NCBI GenBank assembly: GCA_026710105.1
Contig: JAPORR010000084.1
Span: 1 to 56,882, forward strand
Reading direction: 5' to 3'
DNA from: Alphaproteobacteria bacterium
GTDB taxonomy: Bacteria > Pseudomonadota > Alphaproteobacteria > Bin95
Length of the DNA: 56,882 nt
Shown here: one piece after another, positions 17,715 to 26,555 of the stretch
How the letters are laid out: every line of letters begins with the position of its first letter
Numbering within the stretch: the first letter of the stretch is position 1
Made by a program: the position numbers and the translations under genes
The notes under the pieces: model-generated
What the model was told of the DNA's origin: nothing
Seen by the model: the letters and a program-made list of their open reading frames with translations, nothing else
The model's database searches: none

Positions 17715-18331
17715 CTACCCCGTACAGGCCTGAAGCCCCGCCCGCTCGGCCGACTTCTGTTTGGAGGATATGGGAGAGTGAAGCACCGCGTCAACCATGA
17801 GCGTTTTGACGATTCTGCACACGCAGGAGACGATCCCGAACAGCGTGAGCGAGCGCGCCTGAAAGTAGATCCGACAACCGACGCAGCGCATCCCGCCCCG
17901 ACGGCCAGTCCGGCGGCACGAAATCCGGCGTGCCGCATCGCAAGGCACAGGCGACAGAGCTTGTCCGGCGATTTCGGGGTTTCCTCTGTCTCCGGCAGGA
18001 CTGCCGCTGCGACAATGGCGGTGCGCTCGTCGCCAAGCACCCGCCGCAACAGTTCGACTGCCTGCCCGCGCTGACCGTCGTAAGCCATCGCCCTGAGGTG
18101 CCTTTCCAGCAGGGTGCGCATGGCGAGGGTCGAGGACGCTTCGCCGCCGGCATGCATGTTGCCTGCAGCCGTCTCTATGGCGCAGGAGAGGCCGCGCTGC
18201 TCCCCTGCATCCAGCATCATGCGATGGCGTATCCAAGGCGGCCAGGCTATCCTCACCGTCCGCGCCCTCATTGATTTGCGGGACAGCATCGAGATTATAG
18301 TCTCCGGCAACGAGATCGACCGAGAAAGCAT
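17715..18331 (-). pseudogene. hypothetical gene with an internal reading-frame switch (island ORF 1)
   Basis: Codon third-position G/C favours the frame of track ORF 17603..18421 upstream of ~17900. It favours the frame of track ORF 17715..18341 downstream. See findings. Confidence 0.4.
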
Positions 18332-18334
18332 GGC

Positions 18335-19378
18335 ATGACAACCTTGTGTCCAGAAGTCCTCAACAGCCCGGCTGCCTGGCGTGGTCCGGAGATACGCGCC
18401 GGGAGTGGTTGGGAGTTTCACCTGTCCGATGCGGAGATCGAAGAAATCGACCGGGCTGTCGCGGGCATCGACCGGCCTCTGATCGAAGTGGATCGGGAGA
18501 CCTTCCCGCTGCCATTACTCGGGCCCAAACTCACACGGCTGCAGAGCGAATTGCTGGAGGGCAGGGGATTCTTCCTGCTTCGCGGGCTGCCGGTCGCACG
18601 GATGAGCCGGCAGGAGGCCGTAGCCGCGTTCTGGGGCATCGGCGCGCATTTCGGCAGGGCGCGTTCGCAAAATGCCAAGGGCCACCTGATGGGACATGTG
18701 AAGGACATGGGCCTGCATAGCAGCGACCCTAATGTGCGGGTGTACCAGACAAGGGAGCGGCAACGGTTCCACACCGACTCGGTCGATATCGTGGCGCTGA
18801 TGTGTCTGCAGCCTGCACGGTCGGGCGGACTGAGTTCGATCGTGAGTTCCGTCGCTGTCCACAATGAGATTGTGCGCCGGAGGCCGGATCTTGCTAGCGA
18901 GCTCTACTGCCCCTTCCAGACGGACCGGCGCGGCGAAGTGCCGGAAGGCATGGATCCCTGGTTCGCCCTGCCGGTGTTCAACCGCATTGGAGATGAATTG
19001 ACGACGATCTATGCTCGTCGCTACATCGAATCCGCGCGGCGCTTCCCGGAGGTTCCAGCCCTAACGAAAGCGCAAGTAGAAGCGCTCGACCTGGTCGACT
19101 CACTCTGTGAGAGCGCCGATTTCCGGCTCGATATGGCCTTTGAGGCCGGCGATATGCAGTTTCTCTGCAACCATGTCATTCTGCATGATCGCACCGCCTT
19201 TGAAGACTGGCCGGAGCCGGAACGTCGTCGCCACCTTCTGCGGCTCTGGCTCTGCCCACCCGCGGGGCGACAGCTTCCGGACGCCTTCGCCGCCCGCTAC
19301 GGCAGTGTTACGCCTGGCGATCGGGGCGGCATCGTGGTCAAGGATGCGGTGCCTGTTGTCCCTCTGGAGGCAGCTTAG
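18335..19378 (+). CDS. TauD/TfdA-family Fe(II)/2-oxoglutarate dioxygenase
   Basis: 347 aa with 'FHTDSVD' (HxD facial-triad motif) and 'FLCNHVILHDRTAFED'. Confidence 0.88.
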   Translation: MTTLCPEVLNSPAAWRGPEIRAGSGWEFHLSDAEIEEIDRAVAGIDRPLIEVDRETFPLPLLGPKLTRLQSELLEGRGFFLLRGLPVARMSRQEAVAAFWGIGAHFGRARSQNAKGHLMGHVKDMGLHSSDPNVRVYQTRERQRFHTDSVDIVALMCLQPARSGGLSSIVSSVAVHNEIVRRRPDLASELYCPFQTDRRGEVPEGMDPWFALPVFNRIGDELTTIYARRYIESARRFPEVPALTKAQVEALDLVDSLCESADFRLDMAFEAGDMQFLCNHVILHDRTAFEDWPEPERRRHLLRLWLCPPAGRQLPDAFAARYGSVTPGDRGGIVVKDAVPVVPLEAA

Positions 19379-20018
19379 GCCGCGCCGAGGCGAGGAACTG
19401 CACGAGCGCATCCTCCGGCAGGTTGCACGGCAATTCGGCGTTCGTATTGATGGCTGCCCTGAGCCGGCGGCGATAATCCGTACGGCTTATTTCGATGGCA
19501 CCGAATGTCGCCAGATGCTTAGTAAAAAATTGCGTATCCAGAAGGAGATAACCACCGAGATAAAGACGCACTGCGAGATGGACGAGTGCCACCTTGCTGG
19601 CATCCCTGACGCGCGAGAACATGCTTTCGCCGAAGAAAGCAGCGCCGATGGATACGCCGTAAAGACCACCCTCCAGCTGGCCGTCAAGTCGGCATTCGAC
19701 ACTATGCGCAGCTCCCCTGCGGTGAAGCTCTTGGTATAGACGCAGAATGTCGTCATTGATCCAAGTTTCGTTGTCATCCGTGCGCGGCTCGGCGCAAGCT
19801 GCAATCACCGCATCGAAATCGCCATCGACCAACACCTCGAACCGACCCTGGCGCACTGTGCGGGCGAGACGGCGCGAAACATGGACGCCGTCGAGGGGAA
19901 TAATTCCACGCTGGCGCGGATCGAGCCAGTAAAGCGTATCTGAGAGCCGTCCATTCGCCATGGGGAAAAATCCCATCCGGTAGGCGGCCAACAGAATGTC
20001 CGCCGAAATCTGCATCAA
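19338..20018 (-). CDS. aat: leucyl/phenylalanyl-tRNA--protein transferase
   Basis: 226 aa with 'LLAAYRMGFFPMA', 'LYWLDPRQRGIIPL' and 'FFGESMFS'. Confidence 0.92.
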   Translation of the reverse strand: MMQISADILLAAYRMGFFPMANGRLSDTLYWLDPRQRGIIPLDGVHVSRRLARTVRQGRFEVLVDGDFDAVIAACAEPRTDDNETWINDDILRLYQELHRRGAAHSVECRLDGQLEGGLYGVSIGAAFFGESMFSRVRDASKVALVHLAVRLYLGGYLLLDTQFFTKHLATFGAIEISRTDYRRRLRAAINTNAELPCNLPEDALVQFLASARPKLPPEGQQAPHP

Positions 20019-21355
20019 GCGTTATCCATCCAACGTTCAAGCCAATGGATGTCACAGGCCCCATTATTGAAATCTTGGTTGCGAGCAATGCGCCGGTGCA
20101 AATCCAAATTTGTCTCTATGCCTTCGATGACATATTCGTCCAGTGCGCGGGCAAGGCGGGCAGTTGCGATTGCGCGGTCCGGCCCATGCGCGACCAGCTT
20201 GGCGACCAAGCTGTCATAGTGCGGCGGCACGATGCACCCTGCGAAGAGAGCAGAATCAACTCGGATCCCAGGTCCCCCCGGCGGATGATATTCGCGGACC
20301 CGTCCAGGGGATGGCACGAAGGTGCGGGCATCCTCGGCATTCACACGGCATTCGATGGCATGGCCGTCAAAGCGTACATCCTTCTGCCCAAAGGTTAGCT
20401 TACCGCCGGCCGCTACCGTCAACTGCTCACGCACAAGATCCACGCCCGTCACCATCTCGGTCACCGGATGTTCGACCTGAAGGCGTGTGTTCATTTCGAT
20501 GAAATGGAAATCGCGGCCATCGAACAGGAATTCCAGTGTGCCGACGCCCAGATAGCCGAGCCGGCGGACCGCTGTCGCGGCGCGCTCGCCGATCCCGGTC
20601 CTGAGTGACTCGTCTAGGATGGGGGAGGGTGCTTCCTCAATGACTTTCTGGTGGCGGCGCTGAATCGAGCAGTCGCGCTCGCCGAGATGGACAGCGTTAC
20701 CATGGGAGTCTGCAAGAATCTGGATCTCAATATGGCGTGGGTTCTCGATGAACTTCTCGATGAATACCCGCGAATCCCCGAACGCGCCGGCAGCCTCGCG
20801 CCGCGCCAGTCCGAGTGCAGGTCCCAGATTGGTCGGCGTGCGTGCGATCTGCATGCCGCGCCCGCCGCCGCCCGCCGCTGCCTTGACTAGCACCGGGTAG
20901 CCGATCTCAGCGGCGATCCGTGCCGCTTCCGTTTCGTCCTCGATGGCATTGTCACCCCCCGGCACGCCGGAAACGCCGACCGCCGCCATGGCTGCCTTGG
21001 CGGCGATCTTGTCACCCATCGTTGCGATATGGTCGGGGCTCGGCCCGATGAAGATAAAGCCGTGGTCGGCTACAACCTGCGCGAAGGTAGAGTTCTCTGC
21101 AAGGAAACCGAGGCCTGGATGGATCGCATCAGCACCCGCCACAGTGGCAGCGGAAATCAGCGCCGCCATGCTCAGATAGCTATCGCGCGGGGCCGGCGGG
21201 CCGATGCAAACGCTCTCGTCGGCCAAGCGCACATGCATAGCATCTGAGTCGATGGTGGAATGGACTGCAACGGTGCGGATGCCGAGGTCGCGGCAAGCAC
21301 GAATGACACGAAGCGCGATCTCGCCGCGATTGGCGATCAGAACCTTTTCGAACAC
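20015..21355 (-). CDS. accC: acetyl-CoA carboxylase, biotin carboxylase subunit
   Basis: 446 aa with 'MFEKVLIANRGEIALRVIRAC' and ATP-grasp motifs. Confidence 0.97.
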   Translation of the reverse strand: MFEKVLIANRGEIALRVIRACRDLGIRTVAVHSTIDSDAMHVRLADESVCIGPPAPRDSYLSMAALISAATVAGADAIHPGLGFLAENSTFAQVVADHGFIFIGPSPDHIATMGDKIAAKAAMAAVGVSGVPGGDNAIEDETEAARIAAEIGYPVLVKAAAGGGGRGMQIARTPTNLGPALGLARREAAGAFGDSRVFIEKFIENPRHIEIQILADSHGNAVHLGERDCSIQRRHQKVIEEAPSPILDESLRTGIGERAATAVRRLGYLGVGTLEFLFDGRDFHFIEMNTRLQVEHPVTEMVTGVDLVREQLTVAAGGKLTFGQKDVRFDGHAIECRVNAEDARTFVPSPGRVREYHPPGGPGIRVDSALFAGCIVPPHYDSLVAKLVAHGPDRAIATARLARALDEYVIEGIETNLDLHRRIARNQDFNNGACDIHWLERWMDNA

Positions 21356-21359
21356 CGGT

Positions 21360-21815
21360 TTAGCCGAGAATCATCAGAGTCTCGGCATATTCGACAGGGG
21401 CGCCGCTGGAAACGAGAATCTGACGAACGACGCCGTCCGAGGGCGCGGGGATCTGATTATAGACCTTCATCGCTTCGATAATCAGCAAGGTCTGCCCTGC
21501 CTGCACGCGATCACCGACCTGTACGAATGCCGGCTGTCCCGGCTCTGGCTGCAGATAGACTGTGCCGACGATAGGAGCGGTGACAGCCGTGCCTTCGGCG
21601 GCTGCGGGGATCGGCTGTGGATGTGGGGCTGCGCCAGTTGGCAGGCCCTGAGGGGGCGCTGCTGCTTCAGCAGGCGCCGGGGCTTGCGCTATGCCGCGGG
21701 CGGCAATGCGCAGGCTCCGGTCTCCGTCACGATATTCGATTTCGGCGACGCCTGTTTCTTCCAGCAACCCTGCGAGGAGGCGAACCGCATCCTCATCGAT
21801 CTCGAAACGGCTCAT
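21360..21815 (-). CDS. accB: acetyl-CoA carboxylase, biotin carboxyl carrier protein
   Basis: 151 aa with a Pro/Ala-rich linker and the biotinyl-lysine motif 'IEAMKV'. Confidence 0.93.
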   Translation of the reverse strand: MSRFEIDEDAVRLLAGLLEETGVAEIEYRDGDRSLRIAARGIAQAPAPAEAAAPPQGLPTGAAPHPQPIPAAAEGTAVTAPIVGTVYLQPEPGQPAFVQVGDRVQAGQTLLIIEAMKVYNQIPAPSDGVVRQILVSSGAPVEYAETLMILG

Positions 21816-22273
21816 GGCGTATCCTCATGCGCGCGCCACTGTTCATCCAGGGCCAGCAGGGCCAGACGGTATCCGACAGGGCCGAAGCCCGCGATCATAC
21901 CGAGCGCCGCGCCGGATATGTAGGAGCGGTGACGGAACGGTTCGCGTTTGTGGATATTCGAAAGATGGACTTCGACCACGGGTCCCTCGAAGAGTGTCAG
22001 CGCATCTAAAAGCGCAACCGAAGTGTGAGTGTAGGCGGCTGCATTGATGACGATAGCGTCAAAGTAGCCGCGTGCCTCCTGAATCCAGGTGACTAGCTTA
22101 CCTTCGCAATTGCTTTGCCGGCAGATTGCCTCCATGCCGAGCCCGGCCGCGGCCGCTTCCGTGGCGGCGTCGATCTCAGCAAGAGTCTTTCGCCCATAGA
22201 TTTCCGGCTGGCGTTGACCAAGCATGTTGAGATTCGGACCGTTCAGAACCAGCACGCGCTTCGCCATGCTCAT
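21812..22273 (-). CDS. aroQ: type II 3-dehydroquinate dehydratase
   Basis: 153 aa with 'VLVLNGPNLNMLGQRQPEIYG' and 'HLSNIHKREPFRH'. Confidence 0.95.
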   Translation of the reverse strand: MSMAKRVLVLNGPNLNMLGQRQPEIYGRKTLAEIDAATEAAAAGLGMEAICRQSNCEGKLVTWIQEARGYFDAIVINAAAYTHTSVALLDALTLFEGPVVEVHLSNIHKREPFRHRSYISGAALGMIAGFGPVGYRLALLALDEQWRAHEDTP

Positions 22274-22294
22274 CCTCGCATTCTCAGCCGAGTC

Positions 22295-22987
22295 TTAGAA
22301 GGACTCGACCCAGGGGCGTAAATCCAGTTCATGCGCCCAGGCCGAGCGGTGCTGGCGATGAACATGGAGATAGGTTTCGGCAATCGAGTCAGGACCCAAC
22401 AGATGGTCTTCGGGGCGGTCAGGGTGGGGCGCATGATGCGGTCCCAGAATGCCACCGTCGATGATGAAATGCGCCACATGGATGCCTTTGGGACCATAGT
22501 CGCGCGCCATGGACTGTGCCAGCGCGCGCAGGCCGAATTTGCCTACCGCGAAGCCTGCCGACATGGCATAGCCCTTCACCGAAGCCGTAGCCCCGGTGAA
22601 AAAAATGCTGCCCGAACCGCGCAGCAGCATGGCGCGCGCAGCTTCCCGGCCTACGATGAACCCCCCAAGGCAAGCTTGCCGCCATGCCTGCTCGAACTGC
22701 TCGGTCTCGATATCCACGACGCTAGCGCGCACGCGCCCGGATGCGTTGAATACTACGATATCCGGCTCTGGTACAGCCGCGAACAAGGCCTTGACACTTG
22801 TCTCGTCGGTGGCGTCGCAGGCATGCAGGCTCACAGCATGGCCCATTTCGGCAGCGAGTGTCTCCAGCCTGGCCGGCGTGCGCGCTGCAAGGGCAACCCT
22901 CATGCCAGCGCGCGAAAAAATACGTCCGAGCGAGGCGCCAAGCCCCGGTCCTACTCCGACAATGATCGCGGTTTCCGTCCTGCTCAT
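22295..22987 (-). CDS. SDR-family oxidoreductase
   Basis: 230 aa with a 'IIVGVGPGLGASL' glycine-rich NAD(P) motif. Confidence 0.85.
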   Translation of the reverse strand: MSRTETAIIVGVGPGLGASLGRIFSRAGMRVALAARTPARLETLAAEMGHAVSLHACDATDETSVKALFAAVPEPDIVVFNASGRVRASVVDIETEQFEQAWRQACLGGFIVGREAARAMLLRGSGSIFFTGATASVKGYAMSAGFAVGKFGLRALAQSMARDYGPKGIHVAHFIIDGGILGPHHAPHPDRPEDHLLGPDSIAETYLHVHRQHRSAWAHELDLRPWVESF

Positions 22988-23000
22988 TCTGGGAATACTC

Positions 23001-26000
23001 CTATTCAGCGGCAGCCTTTATCCGTTTGCCGGGAGTGCGAAGCTCTTTCAGATATGCCACCCGTTGTTGTTCTGCGGCTTCGAGATGGCGCAGCTTCACA
23101 TGGCCGTAGCCGCGGATATGTTCCGGCACGCTTGCCAGCCCGACAGCGGCCGCGGCGGTCTCTGGGCCAAGACATGCGAGAGCTTCCTTTATATCGGCCT
23201 CGTATTGCACAATCAGCGCGCGCTCCCTGCAGCGCTCTTCGGTCCGCCCGAAGGGGTCGAAGACCGTACCGCGCAGGCCACGCAGGGCTGCGAGCAAGCG
23301 GAAGACGTGCAGCATCCAGGAGCCAAAACGCATCTTGCGTGGCTCGCCAGTCACCGGGTCCTTTCTTGCGAAAAGTGGCGGAGCCAGATTAAATTCCAGC
23401 CGGAAGCCGTCTTCGAACTGGTTCTTGATCTGCTTACGGAAGTCGCCCGAGGCATGGAGCCGAGCGACCTCGTATTCGTCCTTGTACGCCAGCAGCTTGA
23501 AATAATAGCGCGCAACCGCATGGGAAAGCGGCCCGCCGCTTTTTGTGCCCTCTGCCTTGCGCACCTGGTCCACCAATGCTTTGTAGCGCCGAGCATAGGC
23601 GGCGTTCTGGTAGCTGGTTAAGAATGTGACCCGGCGGGCGACAATATCGTCGAGGCCTTCGGGAACCGGGTTTTCCCGCCTCGCTTCTGCCGGATAGGCA
23701 GTCCGCTCGACAAAGGCGAGGTTATGCGCGGCACGCCGACCCCAGTCGAATGCCGCCTTGTTCATCTCCACAGCGACGCCGTTGAGTTCGATGGCGCGTT
23801 CAATGGCCTCGGCGCCAACAGGGACCAATCCTCTCTGATAGGCGAAGCCGGCCATGAACAGGTTTGAGCCAATGGCGTCGCCCAGAAGCGCGGTAGCGAG
23901 GCGCGTGGCGTCGATCATTTCCACAGCATCGCCACCAAGCGCTGCTTCGATACGCGTGCGTAACTCGTCCTCGGGGAAGGACATGTCGGGATTGCGCGCG
24001 AATTCGTTGGTGTAGGTGCGGTAGGTGTTGACGACCGCGTGGCTGGTCCCGCGTGCCAGTCTCGAGAGCGTATCGACCTGACTGGAGGTTACGAGATCAC
24101 AGCCGATGAGCGCACGCGCACCCCCGAGGCCGATGCGCACGCTGTGCAAATCTTCCACATTGTCGGCGATACGCAGATGACTCCACACGGCGCCCCCCTT
24201 CTGCGCGAGACCCGTGATGTCCATCACAGTGGCGGCCTTGCCCTCGAGGTGAGCCGCCATGGCGAGCAGCGCGCCGACCGTGATGACACCCGTGCCGCCA
24301 ATGCCGTCGATCATGATGGAATAGGGCTCGTCGGTAGCCGGAATAGCCGGTTCCGGCAGAACCTCCAGCGGCCCCGGCGCCTGGCCGGCCGGCTTGCCCT
24401 TGCGCGGTTCGGCGTCATGAATTGTTACGAAGCTCGGGCAAAAGCCGTTGAGGCAGGAATAGTCCTTGTTGCAGGCCGACTGGTCGATCATGCGCTTGCG
24501 GCCGAATTCTGTCTCAACGGGGATCACGGAGACGCAATTCGACTTGACTCCGCAATCACCACAGCCCTCACAAACGGCCGGGTTGATGAAGAGGCGCTTG
24601 GGCGGGTTCGGGAAGGTGCCGCGCTTGCGCCGCCGTCGCTTCTCAGCAGCGCAAGTCTGTACGTATACGAGGCCGGAAACGCCCTTTGTCTCGCGCAGCG
24701 CGATCTGGACCTGGTTCATATCCGAGCGGTGTCGGACAACCGTACCGGGTGCAAGATCCCTTGCTTTTTCATAAACTTCCGGCGTATCGGTGACGAGATA
24801 GATCGGCTTTACATTCTCGGCAGCAAGCTGCTGCGTCACCATTGCTGGCGACAGCGGCCCGTCCACGGGTTGCCCGCCTGTCATGGCGACAGCATCATTG
24901 TAGAGCACCTTGTAGGTCATGTTGGCGCCCGATGCGACGGCAGCCCTCACCGCCAGAATACCGGAGTGGTAATAAGTGCCATCGCCGATGTTCTGGAAGA
25001 TGTGCGGGGTCTCGACGAAATGGTGCAGTCCAGCCCAGGTCGCACCTTCCGCGCCCATATGGGTATAAGTGGCGGTCTTTTCTGGATCAACCCATTGCGC
25101 CATGAAGTGGCAGCCTATGCCTGAGAAAGCCCGCGATCCTTCTGGTAGCCGGATGCCTGAATTATGCGGGCAACCAGAACAGAAGGAAGGTGTGCGCACG
25201 AGGCTCGGCTGGTTGCCGCCTGACTGGCGCGTAGTGTCCTGTATCGCCGCCAGCCGGGATTCGAAACGCGAGACATCCATCATGCGCCTGAGCCTGGACA
25301 GAATGGCCTCCGCGACTTCTTCCGGCTGTAACTCCTGATAAGTCCGCAACAATTCCCGGCCGGCTTCGTCCGTTTTGCCGACGACCCGAGGCCGACGGTC
25401 CGCTGGTGTACTGTAAAGTAGTTCCTTGATCTGCGGTTCGATCAGCCCGCGCTTCTCTTCAACAACGATGACCTCTTCCAGCCCCTCGCAGAAGGCGCGC
25501 ATGCCTTCTGGTTCTATCGGCCAGGACAGCGCTACCTTGTAAACCGAGAGCCCGAGTTCGCGTGCGGTCGAATCGTCGATGCCAAGTGCTGAGAGAGCCT
25601 GCCTAGTATCTAGATAAGACTTGCCGGTCGTGACGATACCAAGTCGCCGGCCCGGGCCGCCGACCATCACCCGATCAAGCCGGTTCGCGCGCACAAAAGC
25701 CACGGCCGCCGGTAGTTTGACATTATGCAGGCGAGGTTCCTGTTCCAGCCACATGTCAGGCCAGCGGATATTCGGGCCGCCCTCCGGCATCTCGAAATCC
25801 TCAGGGAGGCGGATCTGCACGCGGTCTGGGTCGATATCGACTGTGGCTGTGGAATCGACTGTGTCCGTCACGCAGATAAAACCAGCCCAGAGGCCAGCAT
25901 AGCGCGACAAGGCAAAGCCGTAGAGCCCGAAGTCGAGGAATTCCTGGACGCCGGACGGGTTCAGGACGGGCACCATCGCATCGACAAAGGCGAACTCGCT

Positions 26001-26492
26001 CTGATGCGCCGTTGTCGAACTCTTGGCGACATGGTCGTCGCCGGCGAGCGCAATGACGCCACCATGTGGATGAGTGCCGAACAGATTGGCGTGCTTAAGC
26101 GCATCCCCGGTGCGGTCCACGCCTGGTCCCTTACCGTACCAGATGCCAAAAACGCCATCATATTTTGCGTCACCGAAAAAGTCTGACTGTTGTGTCCCCC
26201 AGACGGAGGTGGCAGCGAGGTCTTCGTTGACGCCTGCCTTGAAGACGATGCGGTGGTCCTGAAGGTGCTTGCGAGCTGCCCAGAGTTGCTGATCGTAGCC
26301 ACCCAGGGGAGAGCCGCGATAGCCAGAAACGAAACCGGCAGTATTGAGGCCCGCCGCAAGGTCACGGCGGCGCTGCACCAGTGGCAGCCGAACCAGTGCC
26401 TGAGCCCCGGTCAGCAAGGCCTGTCCTTCGTCCAGCGTGTATTTGTCATCAAGCTTGACTTGCACAAGCGCCATATCGAGCTCCTGGGCCAA
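23001..26492 (-). CDS. indolepyruvate ferredoxin oxidoreductase family protein (fused alpha/beta)
   Basis: 1163 aa with a TPP-binding region and ferredoxin-type 'CEGCGDCGVKSNC'. Confidence 0.93.
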   Translation of the reverse strand: MAQELDMALVQVKLDDKYTLDEGQALLTGAQALVRLPLVQRRRDLAAGLNTAGFVSGYRGSPLGGYDQQLWAARKHLQDHRIVFKAGVNEDLAATSVWGTQQSDFFGDAKYDGVFGIWYGKGPGVDRTGDALKHANLFGTHPHGGVIALAGDDHVAKSSTTAHQSEFAFVDAMVPVLNPSGVQEFLDFGLYGFALSRYAGLWAGFICVTDTVDSTATVDIDPDRVQIRLPEDFEMPEGGPNIRWPDMWLEQEPRLHNVKLPAAVAFVRANRLDRVMVGGPGRRLGIVTTGKSYLDTRQALSALGIDDSTARELGLSVYKVALSWPIEPEGMRAFCEGLEEVIVVEEKRGLIEPQIKELLYSTPADRRPRVVGKTDEAGRELLRTYQELQPEEVAEAILSRLRRMMDVSRFESRLAAIQDTTRQSGGNQPSLVRTPSFCSGCPHNSGIRLPEGSRAFSGIGCHFMAQWVDPEKTATYTHMGAEGATWAGLHHFVETPHIFQNIGDGTYYHSGILAVRAAVASGANMTYKVLYNDAVAMTGGQPVDGPLSPAMVTQQLAAENVKPIYLVTDTPEVYEKARDLAPGTVVRHRSDMNQVQIALRETKGVSGLVYVQTCAAEKRRRRKRGTFPNPPKRLFINPAVCEGCGDCGVKSNCVSVIPVETEFGRKRMIDQSACNKDYSCLNGFCPSFVTIHDAEPRKGKPAGQAPGPLEVLPEPAIPATDEPYSIMIDGIGGTGVITVGALLAMAAHLEGKAATVMDITGLAQKGGAVWSHLRIADNVEDLHSVRIGLGGARALIGCDLVTSSQVDTLSRLARGTSHAVVNTYRTYTNEFARNPDMSFPEDELRTRIEAALGGDAVEMIDATRLATALLGDAIGSNLFMAGFAYQRGLVPVGAEAIERAIELNGVAVEMNKAAFDWGRRAAHNLAFVERTAYPAEARRENPVPEGLDDIVARRVTFLTSYQNAAYARRYKALVDQVRKAEGTKSGGPLSHAVARYYFKLLAYKDEYEVARLHASGDFRKQIKNQFEDGFRLEFNLAPPLFARKDPVTGEPRKMRFGSWMLHVFRLLAALRGLRGTVFDPFGRTEERCRERALIVQYEADIKEALACLGPETAAAAVGLASVPEHIRGYGHVKLRHLEAAEQQRVAYLKELRTPGKRIKAAAE

Positions 26493-26555
26493 GGTCCGTA
26501 CTCCCTAGGCAACCTCGATTATCTACGATGATGTGGTCTTTCGTCTATGGTCGCC

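Noticed and set aside
17880-17940. Programmed -1 ribosomal frameshift signal at the frame-switch site
   Set aside because: I could not find an X XXY YYZ slippery heptamer or an obvious downstream pseudoknot. A 1-nt indel (mutation or assembly error) is the more economical explanation.
19338-19378. Convergent gene-end overlaps: tauD/aat 41 nt, mutT/ribF 23 nt at 10680-10702, MFS/anmK 15 nt at 44410-44424, prx/rnhA 4 nt at 29840-29843
   Set aside because: These are common in compact high-GC genomes and are not evidence of anything unusual on their own.
22331-25124. Three long plus-strand ORFs (353, 341 and 361 aa)
   Set aside because: They are antisense to the SDR and indolepyruvate oxidoreductase genes, so they are shadow ORFs.
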